This document shows, one piece after another, positions 19,088 through 29,530 of a DNA stretch of 64,000 nt; positions within the stretch are counted from its first letter, which is position 1, and each line of letters starts with the position of its first letter. Location of the stretch: the NCBI GenBank assembly GCA_015493225.1, contig WGDO01000087.1, positions 514 through 64,513 on the forward strand, in the 5' to 3' direction. A program made the position numbers and the translations under genes. Under the pieces are notes generated by a model. That model was not told where the DNA came from. It made no database searches and saw only the letters and a list, made by a program, of their open reading frames with translations. The stretch is from Patescibacteria group bacterium (GTDB lineage Bacteria; Patescibacteriota; Minisyncoccia; Moranbacterales; DUUL01).

Positions 19088-19753
19088 ATGCAAACAAAAA
19101 TCCACCCTTCCTGGGAAAAAGTTTTGGAACCGTATTTTCAAACCGACGAATGGAAAAAGTTGGCTGATTTTGTGCGAGGAGAATATTTAAGCCAAACAAT
19201 CTATCCTCGTCCCAAAAATGTTTTTAACGCTTTTAACTCCACTCCCTTTGATAAAGTTAAAATAGTGATTATTGGACAGGACCCCTATCACAATCCCGGC
19301 GAGGCTCATGGGCTTTGTTTTTCCGTCCAGCCTGGAATTAAAGTTCCCCCTTCTTTACAAAATATTTACAAGGAATTAGAAAGTGATTTAAATATCAAAA
19401 AAGATTTTACCAAAGGTGATTTAACCAACTGGGCTAAACAAGGAGTATTTTTAATAAACGCCGTTCTGACGGTTCGTCACAACCAACCCGGCTCCCACGC
19501 CAACAAGGGCTGGGAAAAATTTACCGATGAAGTTATCAAACAATTATCCGAACAAAAAGAAAATTTGGTTTTTTTGCTTTGGGGAAATTATGCCAGACAA
19601 AAAGGCACTTTGATTGACCGCACTAAACATCTTATTTTAGAAACCACTCATCCATCTCCCCTTTCCGCCTACCAAGGCTTCCTCGGTTGCAAACATTTTT
19701 CCAAAACCAATACTTATCTAGAAAAAAATAACCTTTCAAAAATCAACTGGTAA
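19088..19753 (+). CDS. ung: uracil-DNA glycosylase
   Basis: GQDPYH, GLCFS, PPSL, HPSPLS. Confidence 0.97.
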   Translation: MQTKIHPSWEKVLEPYFQTDEWKKLADFVRGEYLSQTIYPRPKNVFNAFNSTPFDKVKIVIIGQDPYHNPGEAHGLCFSVQPGIKVPPSLQNIYKELESDLNIKKDFTKGDLTNWAKQGVFLINAVLTVRHNQPGSHANKGWEKFTDEVIKQLSEQKENLVFLLWGNYARQKGTLIDRTKHLILETTHPSPLSAYQGFLGCKHFSKTNTYLEKNNLSKINW

Positions 19754-19800
19754 AAAATTTCAAAATCTATCTATCTACTATTCATCTACTTACTACCAGT

Positions 19801-21114
19801 CTACTTACTACCTACTAATTTTATCCATTTTTTATTTTTTAACTCCGCTGGCAAAAATTCCTGCTGAGCATTTTCTCTCTTGCTGGCCTTTGGGGTATAT
19901 TTATAATCTTTTCCATAGCCAAGGTCTCCCATTAATTTTGTGGGGGCGTTACGGATGTGTAATGGCACCGGAAGGTTTCCTGTTCGTTTAATATCTTCCA
20001 TAACATTTTCGTATGCTTCGTATAACGCAATTGATTTTTTACTCTTAGCCATATAAACCGCCGCCTGAGCCAAATTTACACCGCACTCCGGCATCCCAAT
20101 AAATCGACAAGCATCGTAGGCAGCGGTTGCCTGAGGCAAAGCTAAACTATTCGCTAACCCAATATCTTCACTGGCAAAACGAATTATTCGTCGAGCAATA
20201 TAAAGTGGATCTTCTCCCCCCGCCAACATTCTATTCATCCAATACAAAGTAGCGTTCTCATCTCCACCACGCATTGATTTATGAAAAGCACTAATAATAT
20301 TATAATGCTCATCACCAGCACGGTCGTAAAGTAAATTTGATTTTTGAAGAGCTTGTTCAATGTTCTTTTTGGTGATACATTTATCTTCCCTCTTTCTTAA
20401 AGAGGGACTGGAGGGAGATTTCTTTTTTCTAAAATCCCCCTTTAATCTCCTTTTTTTTAAAGGAGGAAGATTATTTGTCAAATCAACTGCCAGTTCCAGG
20501 GCATTTAACATTGTCCGCGCATCACCATTACTCAATTTTACTAAATATTCTTTATTCTTTTTAGTAATTTTTAACTGTCTATTTCCAATCCCTTTATCTT
20601 TATCCTTCAGGGCCTGATTTAAAATAGCTAATAATTCTTCTTCCGTTAAGCTCTCCAAAACAAACGTCCGACAACGAGAGAGTAACGCGTTGTTAACTTT
20701 AAAACTAGGATTTTCCGTAGTTGCTCCGATTAAAATCATCGTACCATTTTCTACGCTTGGTAAAAAAGCATCCTGTTGGGCTTTATTAAAACGATGGATT
20801 TCATCTATAAACAAAATGGTTTTCTCTCCTAGTCGTTTGTCTTTCTCCGCTCGCTCCACAACGTCTCTAATATCTTTAACTCCAGCATTAATAGCACTAA
20901 TTTGATTAAAATTTGCTTTTGTTTCGTTGGCTATAATCCTAGCCAAGGTTGTCTTGCCCGTTCCCGGCGGGCCCCAAAACAAAAGAGAGGGAATTTTATC
21001 CCCTTGGATTAACTCTCTTAAAATTTTTCCCTCACCAACCAAATGTCTTTGCCCCTGAAATTCTTTCAAACTCCTCGGCCTCATTCGATTAGCAAGCGGT
21101 GACTGAGTTGTCAT
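19801..21114 (-). CDS. rarA: replication-associated recombination protein A (MgsA) with in-frame repeat insertion
   Basis: [47 protein letters not shown]. Confidence 0.96.
   Translation of the reverse strand: MTTQSPLANRMRPRSLKEFQGQRHLVGEGKILRELIQGDKIPSLLFWGPPGTGKTTLARIIANETKANFNQISAINAGVKDIRDVVERAEKDKRLGEKTILFIDEIHRFNKAQQDAFLPSVENGTMILIGATTENPSFKVNNALLSRCRTFVLESLTEEELLAILNQALKDKDKGIGNRQLKITKKNKEYLVKLSNGDARTMLNALELAVDLTNNLPPLKKRRLKGDFRKKKSPSSPSLRKREDKCITKKNIEQALQKSNLLYDRAGDEHYNIISAFHKSMRGGDENATLYWMNRMLAGGEDPLYIARRIIRFASEDIGLANSLALPQATAAYDACRFIGMPECGVNLAQAAVYMAKSKKSIALYEAYENVMEDIKRTGNLPVPLHIRNAPTKLMGDLGYGKDYKYTPKASKRENAQQEFLPAELKNKKWIKLVGSK
20386..20468. repeat. two degenerate scaffold palindromes inserted in frame in rarA
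   Basis: TTCCCTCTTT..AAAGAGGGA..GAGGGAGATTT and AAAATCCCCCTTTAATCTCCTTT..AAAGGAGGAA. Confidence 0.85.
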
Positions 21115-21118
21115 AAAA

Positions 21119-22093
21119 TTATTTTTCCTTTAACGGCCTCCACCAATCCTCATTATCTTTATACCATTGGATAGTTTGGGCAGTACCCTCCTCAAAGGAA
21201 ATACTTGGCTCCCAATCCAACTCATCTTTAATCTTAGAAAAATCAATAGCATAACGCAGATCATGACCCTTTCGATCATCTACATATTCAATCATCTCTT
21301 CTCCTCTATTCATCTCCTTCAAAATTATTTTTGTAATATCCATATTTGTTTTTTCAGCATTTCCCCCAACACAATAAGTCTCACCAATCTTCCCCTCCTG
21401 AATAATTTTATTAATGGCAATGCAATGGTCTTTAACATGCAACCAATCCCGAATAGCTCCACCATTTCCATAAATGGGAATTTTTTTATCATCAATTAAA
21501 TTAGTAACAAATAGGGGGATTAATTTTTCCGGAAATTGATAGGGCCCGTAATTATTGGAACAGTTGGAAATGGTGATTGGCAAATCATGAGTGTGATAAT
21601 AAGCTCGAACCAGATGATCAGCTGAAGCCTTAGAAGCGCTATAGGGACTACGGGGATCATAACAACTCTGCTCATTAAAAGCCAGGTCATCGGGAGCCAG
21701 AGAGCCAAACACCTCATCGGTGGAAATATGATGAAATCTCACCCCACCATTATCCCGGGCCGCCTCCAGCAAATTCAAAGTTCCGTTAATGTTTGTCTTA
21801 ACAAAAATATCGCTATCTTCAATGGAGCGATCCACATGACTTTCCGCCGCAAAATGCACCACTAAGTCAATCTCTTTCATTAAATCATTCACCAACTTTT
21901 TATCCGTGATATCTCCATGCACAAATTTATAATTTGGATTATTTTCTACACTTTTTAAATTTTCCAAATTACCGGCATAAGTCAAAGCATCCAAATTAAT
22001 AATCTTGGAATCCGGATATTTTTCCAACATATAGTGAATAAAATTCGACCCAATAAATCCCGCTCCCCCCGTTACTAAAATATTTTTTTGCAT
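21119..22093 (-). CDS. rfbB: dTDP-glucose 4,6-dehydratase
   Basis: GGAGFIG, AAESHVDRS, STDEV, YSASK, NNYGPYQFPEK. Confidence 0.97.
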   Translation of the reverse strand: MQKNILVTGGAGFIGSNFIHYMLEKYPDSKIINLDALTYAGNLENLKSVENNPNYKFVHGDITDKKLVNDLMKEIDLVVHFAAESHVDRSIEDSDIFVKTNINGTLNLLEAARDNGGVRFHHISTDEVFGSLAPDDLAFNEQSCYDPRSPYSASKASADHLVRAYYHTHDLPITISNCSNNYGPYQFPEKLIPLFVTNLIDDKKIPIYGNGGAIRDWLHVKDHCIAINKIIQEGKIGETYCVGGNAEKTNMDITKIILKEMNRGEEMIEYVDDRKGHDLRYAIDFSKIKDELDWEPSISFEEGTAQTIQWYKDNEDWWRPLKEK

Positions 22094-22135
22094 TTTTTAA
22101 TAATTTATTTATTAAGATATTCTATTATTGTATAA

Positions 22136-22255
22136 CAAACAATAATTTCCAAGATACAAGATACAAACAAATTCCAAACACCAAATGCCAAATTTCAAAC
22201 ATTGGTTATTGAAATTTGAGATTTGTTTGTATCTTGTAATTTGTATCTTGTTTCT
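22136..22255. repeat. 7-nt-periodic inverted repeat element
   Basis: CAAGATACAAGATACAAACAA ... TTGTTTGTATCTTGTAATTTGTATCTTG. Confidence 0.8.
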
Positions 22256-22328
22256 TTTTCTAATACCACATCCTTATAATTAACAAACATTCAATCCCAA
22301 CCAATAAACAATTAAGTCGTAATTTCGT

Positions 22329-22811
22329 TTATACAATCTTCCACACAAAAATCCCAATAATAACCAAAGCAAAAATTATTTTCAAGACCATCCCAAAAAC
22401 AATTCCCATAATTGTACCAAAACCGGCTTTGGTTGCCGAAGAAGTTCGTTCATATTTTAAATATTCTCCCAACCAGGCACCCACAAAAGAGCCAATGAAC
22501 AAACCAAAGACACTAACCGCTATAAATCCAAAAATTCCGCCCAACAACGCCCCCAGAACTCCATACCAACTAGCCCCAAAAGTTTTTGCCCCCAGAACTC
22601 CGGCCAAAAAATCCAAAGTCATACCAATTAAGGCGATAATCCCCGTTAGAACCACCACTCCCACCGTCACCTCTTGAAAACCAGTCGCCCAACCATAAAC
22701 CAAAACACCTAACCATAAAATTGGCAACCCTGGAATAGCCGGCAAAACGACTCCCAGTAAACCTAGTGCAAATAAAAACACCACTGCAATTATTAATATT
22801 GTTGTTCCCAT
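22329..22811 (-). CDS. DUF456 membrane protein
   Basis: VLPAIPG, GAKTFGAS, GAWLGE. Confidence 0.9.
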   Translation of the reverse strand: MGTTILIIAVVFLFALGLLGVVLPAIPGLPILWLGVLVYGWATGFQEVTVGVVVLTGIIALIGMTLDFLAGVLGAKTFGASWYGVLGALLGGIFGFIAVSVFGLFIGSFVGAWLGEYLKYERTSSATKAGFGTIMGIVFGMVLKIIFALVIIGIFVWKIV

Positions 22812-22856
22812 ATAATTTTGATAATTATTTATAACAAATTTAACTTGTTATAAAAA

Positions 22857-23408
22857 TTATGTTATTAAACTTTTAAAACTAACTCCTTTTTTATCTTTCT
22901 CAGAAATTATTGGCTTGTCAATCTCATATTTATCCAACTGCCAATCTACATTTAAATCCTTATCATTCCAAGCTATCCCAACCTCTGATTCCGGATTATA
23001 CAAATTGGTACATTTATAATTAAAAATTGTATCATCCTTCAATGTGATAAACCCATGTAAAAATCCCGCCGGTATCCAAAACTGCTTTTTGTTCTCCTCG
23101 GTCAATTCTACACTTTCCCACTGACCATAGGTTGGTGAATTCGGTCGGGCATCCACTGCCACATCTAAAACCGCTCCGGTAATAACTTGCACCAACTTCC
23201 CCTGAGCATAGGGCTCTTTTTGCATATGCAACCCCCGCAAAACTCCTTTGGTTGACTTAGATAAATTATCCTGAACAAACTCTGGTTCAATACCGTCCTT
23301 TTGATAACGCTCTTTATTGTAGGTTTCCACAAAAAACCCTCTCTCATCACCAAATACATCCGGCTCAATAATCAACAATCCCTCAATTTTTGTTTTTGTA
23401 ATTTTCAT
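22857..23408 (-). CDS. rfbC: dTDP-4-dehydrorhamnose 3,5-epimerase
   Basis: DERGFF, QDN.S.S, LRGLH, QGKLV, GFLHGF. Confidence 0.97.
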   Translation of the reverse strand: MKITKTKIEGLLIIEPDVFGDERGFFVETYNKERYQKDGIEPEFVQDNLSKSTKGVLRGLHMQKEPYAQGKLVQVITGAVLDVAVDARPNSPTYGQWESVELTEENKKQFWIPAGFLHGFITLKDDTIFNYKCTNLYNPESEVGIAWNDKDLNVDWQLDKYEIDKPIISEKDKKGVSFKSLIT

Positions 23409-23543
23409 AATATTGCAAAATTAACAATAAATATTTAATAACCTCAGACCATAATTATCTTCACATTCATAATACCATTTTCACCATTCTAAATCAAATA
23501 CAAAAGACCAAATAAACTTATTATAAAAATTATATTTGCACCA

Positions 23544-23571
23544 TTGATTTTTTATTTAAATATGCTATTAT
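23544..23571 (+). promoter_or_regulatory. promoter for tRNA-Ser(GCT)
   Basis: TTGATT-16-TATTAT with extended -10 TG. Confidence 0.6.
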
Positions 23572-23607
23572 GTACTTTGTGAAGAAAGTTTAATAATTTA
23601 TACATAT

Positions 23608-23692
23608 GGAGAGTTGCCAGAGCGGTCGAATGGGACACCCTGCTAAGGTGTTGTGCCTCCGGGTACCTAGGGTTCGAATCCCTAACTCTCCG
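23608..23692 (+). tRNA. tRNA-Ser(GCT)
   Basis: Cloverleaf with long variable arm, anticodon GCT, discriminator G. Confidence 0.95.
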
Positions 23693-23755
23693 CACTAAAG
23701 TTCGAATCATACAATCAATACTCATTATTCACTCGTATCATATTCTCCACATTAA

Positions 23756-23798
23756 AAAAATAAAAAGGGCTTGCTAAATGCAACCCTTTTTATTTTAT
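23756..23798. terminator. intrinsic terminator
   Basis: AAAATAAAAAGGG-TTGC...GCAA-CCCTTTTTATTTT hairpin. Confidence 0.65.
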
Positions 23799-23965
23799 TG
23801 TGATAATAAATCATAGATTATACCCCTATCTACCCCCTCCCCTACTCTCTATTCTCTACTCTCTACTATCTAGTGTCTAGTGTCTAATATCTAGTACCTA
23901 TCTCACCAACGCTTTTTGCTTAAGAGTAGAAAAATAGCTTGTAAAAGTATTTGAACCATAAAATC

Positions 23966-25345
23966 TTACTCTCTAATTATTGCCAACAATTCATCTCTTT
24001 TTTCTTCCATCATTTCTTTAGTTTTCGCTTCCACATTTAGACGCAAAACCGGTTCCGTATTACTTTGTCGAACATTAAACCACCAATCGGGGTAATCAAT
24101 TTTAATTCCGTCCAACTCCGATAATTCGCCATCGGAATATTTTTCTTTTAATTTTTCTATCACCGCTTCTTTATCTCCTACTTCTGAATTAATTTCCCCA
24201 CTATGATAATATCGTCGTAAATCTTGGACCAATTCAGAAATAGGTTGTCCAGTCTTCGCCATTAAATTTAACAAAGTCAAGGCAGCCAAAGTACTAACTT
24301 CACCATTTTTATTCGCCTGAAAATAATAATGCCCGGAAAGTTCTCCGGCAAATAAAGCATTTTCTTCTAACATTTGCGCTTTAATCAAGGTGTGCCCTAC
24401 TCGACACTCGTGAGCGATGCCACCATTCTCCTCAATAACTTCTTTGACCGCTCGCGAAGAACGCAAATCATATAAAATCACCCTACCCTTATTTTCCTCT
24501 TTTTCCAACAAAACCTTAGCAATCAAGCCTGTTACTAAATCCATTGGAATTATCACTCCTTTTTCATCCACAAAACCAACTCGATCGGCATCTCCGTCAT
24601 AGGCAATTCCTAAATCAGCATTCTCTGAAACAACTTTCTTTTGTAAATTGACTAGCGTTTCTGTTTTTAGAGGATTAGCCTCATGAGAATTTTGATAAGC
24701 GCTGTTTTCCAAATCACAATCCAATTTAACCACCTCAAAATTATTGGCCAAATATTTTTCATAAAACGGCAACTCCAGGACACCCATCGCATTGGCACAA
24801 TCAACAACAATCTTAAATTTCTTATCACCCAATTTGGCAAATTTCACAAAATAATTATAATAATCTTCTTTGATGTCATATTCCGACAACATACCTTTTG
24901 AAGAATGGGCTTTTTTAGGAATATTAATTTCCTCATTTTCTCGTGCTAAGACTCCAACCTTAGTAACGTCAATTCCAACTTCTCCCCCAACCGGCACAGC
25001 GTTGCGCAAACAAGTTTTTACCCCATTCCATTCACCAGGATTATGAGAAGCGGTTACCGACATCGCTCCATCCACATCCTTTAAAAAGTGAGAAGAAAAA
25101 TATAGCATCGGCGTTGTAATCACTCCCAAAGCAACCACATCCACTCCCATATCCAAAATACCTTGCATCAAAGCATTATATAAAACTGGACTAGATTCCC
25201 GCGCATCACGCCCGACAGCCATTTTTTTTACCCCCAAAGCTTTAACCATTTCCTGCCCAATGAGATAAAAAGTTTTCTCATCACAATCTTTACCATAAAT
25301 TCCCCTAATATCATAGGCCTTAAAAATTTCCGGATTTGTTTTCAT
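23966..25345 (-). CDS. phosphomannomutase/phosphoglucomutase
   Basis: FKAYDIRG, TASHNP, DGDADR, GELSGH, SNTEP. Confidence 0.95.
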   Translation of the reverse strand: MKTNPEIFKAYDIRGIYGKDCDEKTFYLIGQEMVKALGVKKMAVGRDARESSPVLYNALMQGILDMGVDVVALGVITTPMLYFSSHFLKDVDGAMSVTASHNPGEWNGVKTCLRNAVPVGGEVGIDVTKVGVLARENEEINIPKKAHSSKGMLSEYDIKEDYYNYFVKFAKLGDKKFKIVVDCANAMGVLELPFYEKYLANNFEVVKLDCDLENSAYQNSHEANPLKTETLVNLQKKVVSENADLGIAYDGDADRVGFVDEKGVIIPMDLVTGLIAKVLLEKEENKGRVILYDLRSSRAVKEVIEENGGIAHECRVGHTLIKAQMLEENALFAGELSGHYYFQANKNGEVSTLAALTLLNLMAKTGQPISELVQDLRRYYHSGEINSEVGDKEAVIEKLKEKYSDGELSELDGIKIDYPDWWFNVRQSNTEPVLRLNVEAKTKEMMEEKRDELLAIIRE

Positions 25346-25461
25346 ATATTTATACTACTTTCTCCATAAGCTATGCTCACAAAGAAAATATTATTTAAAA
25401 ATTATTTTCACACCTATTGTGTCATCACTACTAAGATTTGTCAATAAATACACTCTACCAC

Positions 25462-26220
25462 TTATTTTTCCGCTTTTCTTATTTCAGCTACCCACTCACT
25501 GTTTCTATTACGAAAATCGTCTTCGATTGACAATATATCATATCTATTGGCTGTAAAATTAACTGTTCTAATTTCATCACCAACAACCTCTTTAACCTCA
25601 CGAACTGTTCCTGAATGAGAAATAATCTTATCCCCAGATGATAATCCCTCTACAGCCTCTTGAAACTTATATTCTTTCCCCTGATCTTTTTTCTCTTCTT
25701 TAGCATTCTCTTCCAATGTCAATCTATACCAAGAATTATTAGACTCAATAAGATATGTACCATCCGCACACAATTTAATCCCTCTAACCATTGGAATTTT
25801 AAATATCCTCCCATCAGGAACTTGTGCAGCAAAAATACCATTGATTTCACATTTACCTATAATGATTTCTCCATTAAATTTCTGTCCCAAATCAAACACT
25901 GCCACTTTTCCATTTTTACTACCCACTTTTTGAATTATTACCTGTTTGTTAGTTATATCATCAATAGAATTAATATCTTCAGCACTTAATAAATCTTTCT
26001 CAAAATCCACCTTTAATTTTTCTCTCTTTAAACCGTCTATTTGCGATTGAATTTTTTGAGCAAGTTTTGGCTTTTTTTGTGCTACTGCATCTAATCTGCC
26101 TTGAGCTGCCACAATCTCATTGTCAATTTCTTTCAATCTTTTTTCCAACTGTAAAGATTGTTCTGTCTTATCTTCTTGTATATTACCAACACCATCCCCT
26201 GGCATTTTTTCTCCACTCAT
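25462..26220 (-). CDS. hypothetical protein (coiled coil plus small beta domains)
   Basis: 252-aa ORF, N-terminus MSGEKMPG. Confidence 0.75.
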   Translation of the reverse strand: MSGEKMPGDGVGNIQEDKTEQSLQLEKRLKEIDNEIVAAQGRLDAVAQKKPKLAQKIQSQIDGLKREKLKVDFEKDLLSAEDINSIDDITNKQVIIQKVGSKNGKVAVFDLGQKFNGEIIIGKCEINGIFAAQVPDGRIFKIPMVRGIKLCADGTYLIESNNSWYRLTLEENAKEEKKDQGKEYKFQEAVEGLSSGDKIISHSGTVREVKEVVGDEIRTVNFTANRYDILSIEDDFRNRNSEWVAEIRKAEK

Positions 26221-26236
26221 ACTTTTATTTTAATTA

Positions 26237-26698
26237 TTAATTTATCTGTTTATCCGCCTCTTTTAATTCAATTATTTTATTATTAAGGTTATCAATTTCC
26301 ACCTGTAATTCAGCTACCCGCTGCTCCAGTCTTAATATTTGTTCTTGATTATTACCCTTATCATATTCACTGTCATTTTCCATTATTTCCCCTCTGCTAA
26401 TTAAAACTATTCTATCCACAGAACCTCCATTAACAAGGTCTTCTATCCCATGCTTAGATATTGGTTGTCCCTCCCCCTGTTCATTATTAATAACCATTCT
26501 CCACTCACTCTTATCACCTAATTTCTTTGGAATAATTTTTAATTGCCTACCATCATTTAGTATTATCATATCACCCTCTTGTATCTTCTCCACTTTTTCC
26601 AGCAGCCCTTTTTTAACTTCCTCTGAATCTTTACCGTACTGTCTGTCTTTATTCTGATTACTTAATCCATTATCTGGAATATTAGAATGCATACTCAT
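26237..26698 (-). CDS. hypothetical protein, paralog of its neighbours
   Basis: KVEKIQEGDMIILNDG motif shared with neighbours; C-terminal coiled coil. Confidence 0.75.
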   Translation of the reverse strand: MSMHSNIPDNGLSNQNKDRQYGKDSEEVKKGLLEKVEKIQEGDMIILNDGRQLKIIPKKLGDKSEWRMVINNEQGEGQPISKHGIEDLVNGGSVDRIVLISRGEIMENDSEYDKGNNQEQILRLEQRVAELQVEIDNLNNKIIELKEADKQIN

Positions 26699-26798
26699 AT
26701 TTTTATTTTAATTATTAGATTTGTTATTTACCACCCCATTTTTCTTAATCCAACCATTTCTCTCCTAATTAAGCTTTGTTCTAATAATATATCCTTTA

Positions 26799-27146
26799 TT
26801 ACAAAGCCTCGGCTTCATAAATTCCTTCATTATCTTTTATTGCACCTTCATCATCAGCAAGCACAAACTCTTTAACTCGTCCAAATTCAACAAAATCCTT
26901 AAGTCCTTTAACAGAAACCAAAGACTCCTCGGGAATTACCCCACTCTTCTTACTACGTTCAATGATACACCTCCACACCTCTTTACCCTCTATTAAGATT
27001 GGCTCGGTAAGCGTGTAACGTTCGCCGCTATTTAAAATAATTACATCCCCTTCTTTCAAATTATCCACTTTTGCTAATAACTCCACAGATCTTTCTTTGC
27101 CCTTATTATCATTAGTGTTTGCCCCTGGTATTTTTTCTACACTCAT
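26799..27146 (-). CDS. hypothetical protein, paralog of its neighbours
   Basis: MSVEKIPG; KVDNLKEGDVIILNSG. Confidence 0.75.
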   Translation of the reverse strand: MSVEKIPGANTNDNKGKERSVELLAKVDNLKEGDVIILNSGERYTLTEPILIEGKEVWRCIIERSKKSGVIPEESLVSVKGLKDFVEFGRVKEFVLADDEGAIKDNEGIYEAEAL

Positions 27147-27196
27147 ACTTTTATTTTTAATTTTTGATTATTACCCATTTAATTTATCATCCTTAA

Positions 27197-27664
27197 TTAT
27201 ACCATATCTACCCCAACAATTCTACTATTTTTCACACCCTTACCATATTTAAATTTCAACAACCAATACTTTTTCGGCCAGATTTTCTTAATTCGTTCCG
27301 GCCACTCCACTAAAATTAAATTATTTTTGTCAGCAATAATTTCTTCCCAACCCAAATCCAAGACACTCTCCTCATCAACCCGATAACAATCCAAATGATA
27401 AACATTTTTGAGTTGAGAGGCCCGGCCTCTCAACTCATACTTTTTCATAATCACAAAAGTAGGCGAAGTAAAAGGCCCTTCCGCCCCAATCGCTTCCAAT
27501 AAAAATTGACTAAAAGTAGTTTTACCTGTCCCCAACTCTCCCTGTAACAAAATTACATTTCTATCCGCCTTGCCATCTAGGTAAGACGCCGGGCTTCTTA
27601 CCTCTACTAAAAATTCTTTAGCAAATTGTTTGGTATCTTGTAAATTTTTTAATACTTTTTCCAT
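27197..27664 (-). CDS. tsaE: t6A biosynthesis ATPase TsaE
   Basis: LQGELGTGKTTF, TSPTF, HLDCYR, VEWPE. Confidence 0.95.
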   Translation of the reverse strand: MEKVLKNLQDTKQFAKEFLVEVRSPASYLDGKADRNVILLQGELGTGKTTFSQFLLEAIGAEGPFTSPTFVIMKKYELRGRASQLKNVYHLDCYRVDEESVLDLGWEEIIADKNNLILVEWPERIKKIWPKKYWLLKFKYGKGVKNSRIVGVDMV

Positions 27665-27691
27665 CTTGAAATTTTATAAACTTTATGGACT

Positions 27692-28840
27692 TTATGACTT
27701 TATAGACTTTCGACTTGTGCTTGTCACACTCCACACAAAATATACCACAAAAACACCCAAAATACCAAAGGTAACCACCGACAAAACTTCAAATGACCAA
27801 ATTCCTAAAATTTTTCCAATCATCAACATATAGATTGACATAAAAACCCTAGTAGTTAAACTTTTTAATGACATAACACTAGCGCGAATAGAATTTTTAG
27901 CATATTTGTTAACTAATACTGTCGTTCTAACAGCAAACATTCCTCTTAAAAAATGTATACTCCAAATTACTAAGGCCAAGGTAAATATCTGATTTACAAA
28001 GCCCAATAATAATGTCCCTAATAGTAATAAAGGAATTGTATATTTTAGCCTAATATAATATTTTGTTGAAGTTATAGCCGTCCCCATTGCCATAAACAAT
28101 ATGCTCATAGACATCACTGTACTTAAATAAATAATTGGTATATTTTTTACATTAAATAATACTGGTAAAAAATATTTATAACTAAAAAATGTTGCCAAAA
28201 ACGCACTAGTCATCAACACCAGTCCTCTAAGCTTTCTATGATTTTTAAGATGCTTTAAACTACCAAAAGCAATTTTATAAATATTTCCAAATTCAGATTT
28301 TTTACCTTGGAAATTATTTTTAACTTTAATTTGATTAAATATTATAGCAGCTAAAAGCATACTTAAACCATTTAATAAATATGGAAAAATAATATTAATG
28401 GTAAACAACCAACCACCAATAAAAGTTGTTAAAGCTATCCAAACAAAGCCAATCGTTTTTATTCTTGCTAAATCTCTCTGAAAATTATCAGATATTTTAT
28501 GCAACACCGCCACATTACTTCCTGAACGCATTGAAGAAGATAATCCCACCAGAATAAAAATTGTAAGATAAAAATAAAATCCAGCTGGGATAATGAGCAA
28601 AAATTGCAAAACTGAACCAAACATACCACTCCAAACAACTGACCCTTTGTGAGAAAACCTATCCGCTAATATTCCAGTAGGAAATTCAAATATAACCACA
28701 GCCACAGAAAAAGCGGCTACTATATAATAAACCTGCTCAATAGTTAGTCCCCGTTCCATAAAATAAAGTGGGCCAACGGCTAACCACCACATTGACCCTC
28801 GTAAAGTACTAGCAATTGTATACTTTTGTAAATTTGTCAT
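27692..28840 (-). CDS. MFS transporter
   Basis: EFPTGILADRF, SG, RASVMS; about 12 TMs. Confidence 0.85.
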   Translation of the reverse strand: MTNLQKYTIASTLRGSMWWLAVGPLYFMERGLTIEQVYYIVAAFSVAVVIFEFPTGILADRFSHKGSVVWSGMFGSVLQFLLIIPAGFYFYLTIFILVGLSSSMRSGSNVAVLHKISDNFQRDLARIKTIGFVWIALTTFIGGWLFTINIIFPYLLNGLSMLLAAIIFNQIKVKNNFQGKKSEFGNIYKIAFGSLKHLKNHRKLRGLVLMTSAFLATFFSYKYFLPVLFNVKNIPIIYLSTVMSMSILFMAMGTAITSTKYYIRLKYTIPLLLLGTLLLGFVNQIFTLALVIWSIHFLRGMFAVRTTVLVNKYAKNSIRASVMSLKSLTTRVFMSIYMLMIGKILGIWSFEVLSVVTFGILGVFVVYFVWSVTSTSRKSIKS

Positions 28841-29073
28841 ATTCCTGTGAAATTCTAATTGATAATTTTATGTTTTTTTAATATAGCTTTAGAATATCAA
28901 AATAACAAAAAATAAGCAATAAAAAATTTGCTTATTAAAAAAAACAATCTTTTATTTTTGTATTTAAAAATTATTGTATTATAAAAAAATTTTAACAAAT
29001 CTTATTTATAATTATATAAATAAGATTATCTTTTAATAGTTTATCTCCACTTTTTCGTTTAAAAATAAAAAAA

Positions 29074-29101
29074 TTCCGAGGATTGGTTTATCCCCGGAAA
29101 A
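29074..29101 (-). terminator. intrinsic terminator downstream of the 29121 orphan
   Basis: TTCCG(A/G)GGAT...ATCC(C)CGGAA stem followed by a T-run on the minus strand. Confidence 0.6.
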
Positions 29102-29120
29102 ATAGTACAATAACAATTAC

Positions 29121-29441
29121 CTACCGGAGGAATGTAAATATTCCTGGTAGTCCAGCAAGCAGGGTAAAATCTTCGGGATTAACTACGACCCCATCGATAT
29201 TACTTTTCTCGATAAACTGCTTAAATTCTCCTTGAGAACAAACGCAAGAAGAATTTCCAAAAACATCTCCACCCCGATGAGAACCCTGAGAATGGTCCTG
29301 AAGATTCACCACTAAATAATCTGGAAGTGACATCTTCTCTATTCGTTTCATCACCTTCTGAATGGCTTTAGGACAAAGCCACCAAACCAATACCATTCCT
29401 TCTGTCTGGTTCATTTTCCTCTCCTCGCAGATTATTGACAT
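29121..29441 (-). CDS. hypothetical protein
   Basis: 106-aa ORF with its own consensus promoter and terminator. Confidence 0.6.
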   Translation of the reverse strand: MSIICEERKMNQTEGMVLVWWLCPKAIQKVMKRIEKMSLPDYLVVNLQDHSQGSHRGGDVFGNSSCVCSQGEFKQFIEKSNIDGVVVNPEDFTLLAGLPGIFTFLR

Positions 29442-29501
29442 ATTAGTCTCACTGCAATTTTTGAATTTTTAATTGTTGCCTATTTGTACTAAACATATAT
29501 T

Positions 29502-29530
29502 GTTATAGCATTAAAGCTACAAAATGTCAA
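29502..29530 (-). promoter_or_regulatory. sigma70 promoter
   Basis: TTGACA-17-TATAAC with extended -10 TG. Confidence 0.7.
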
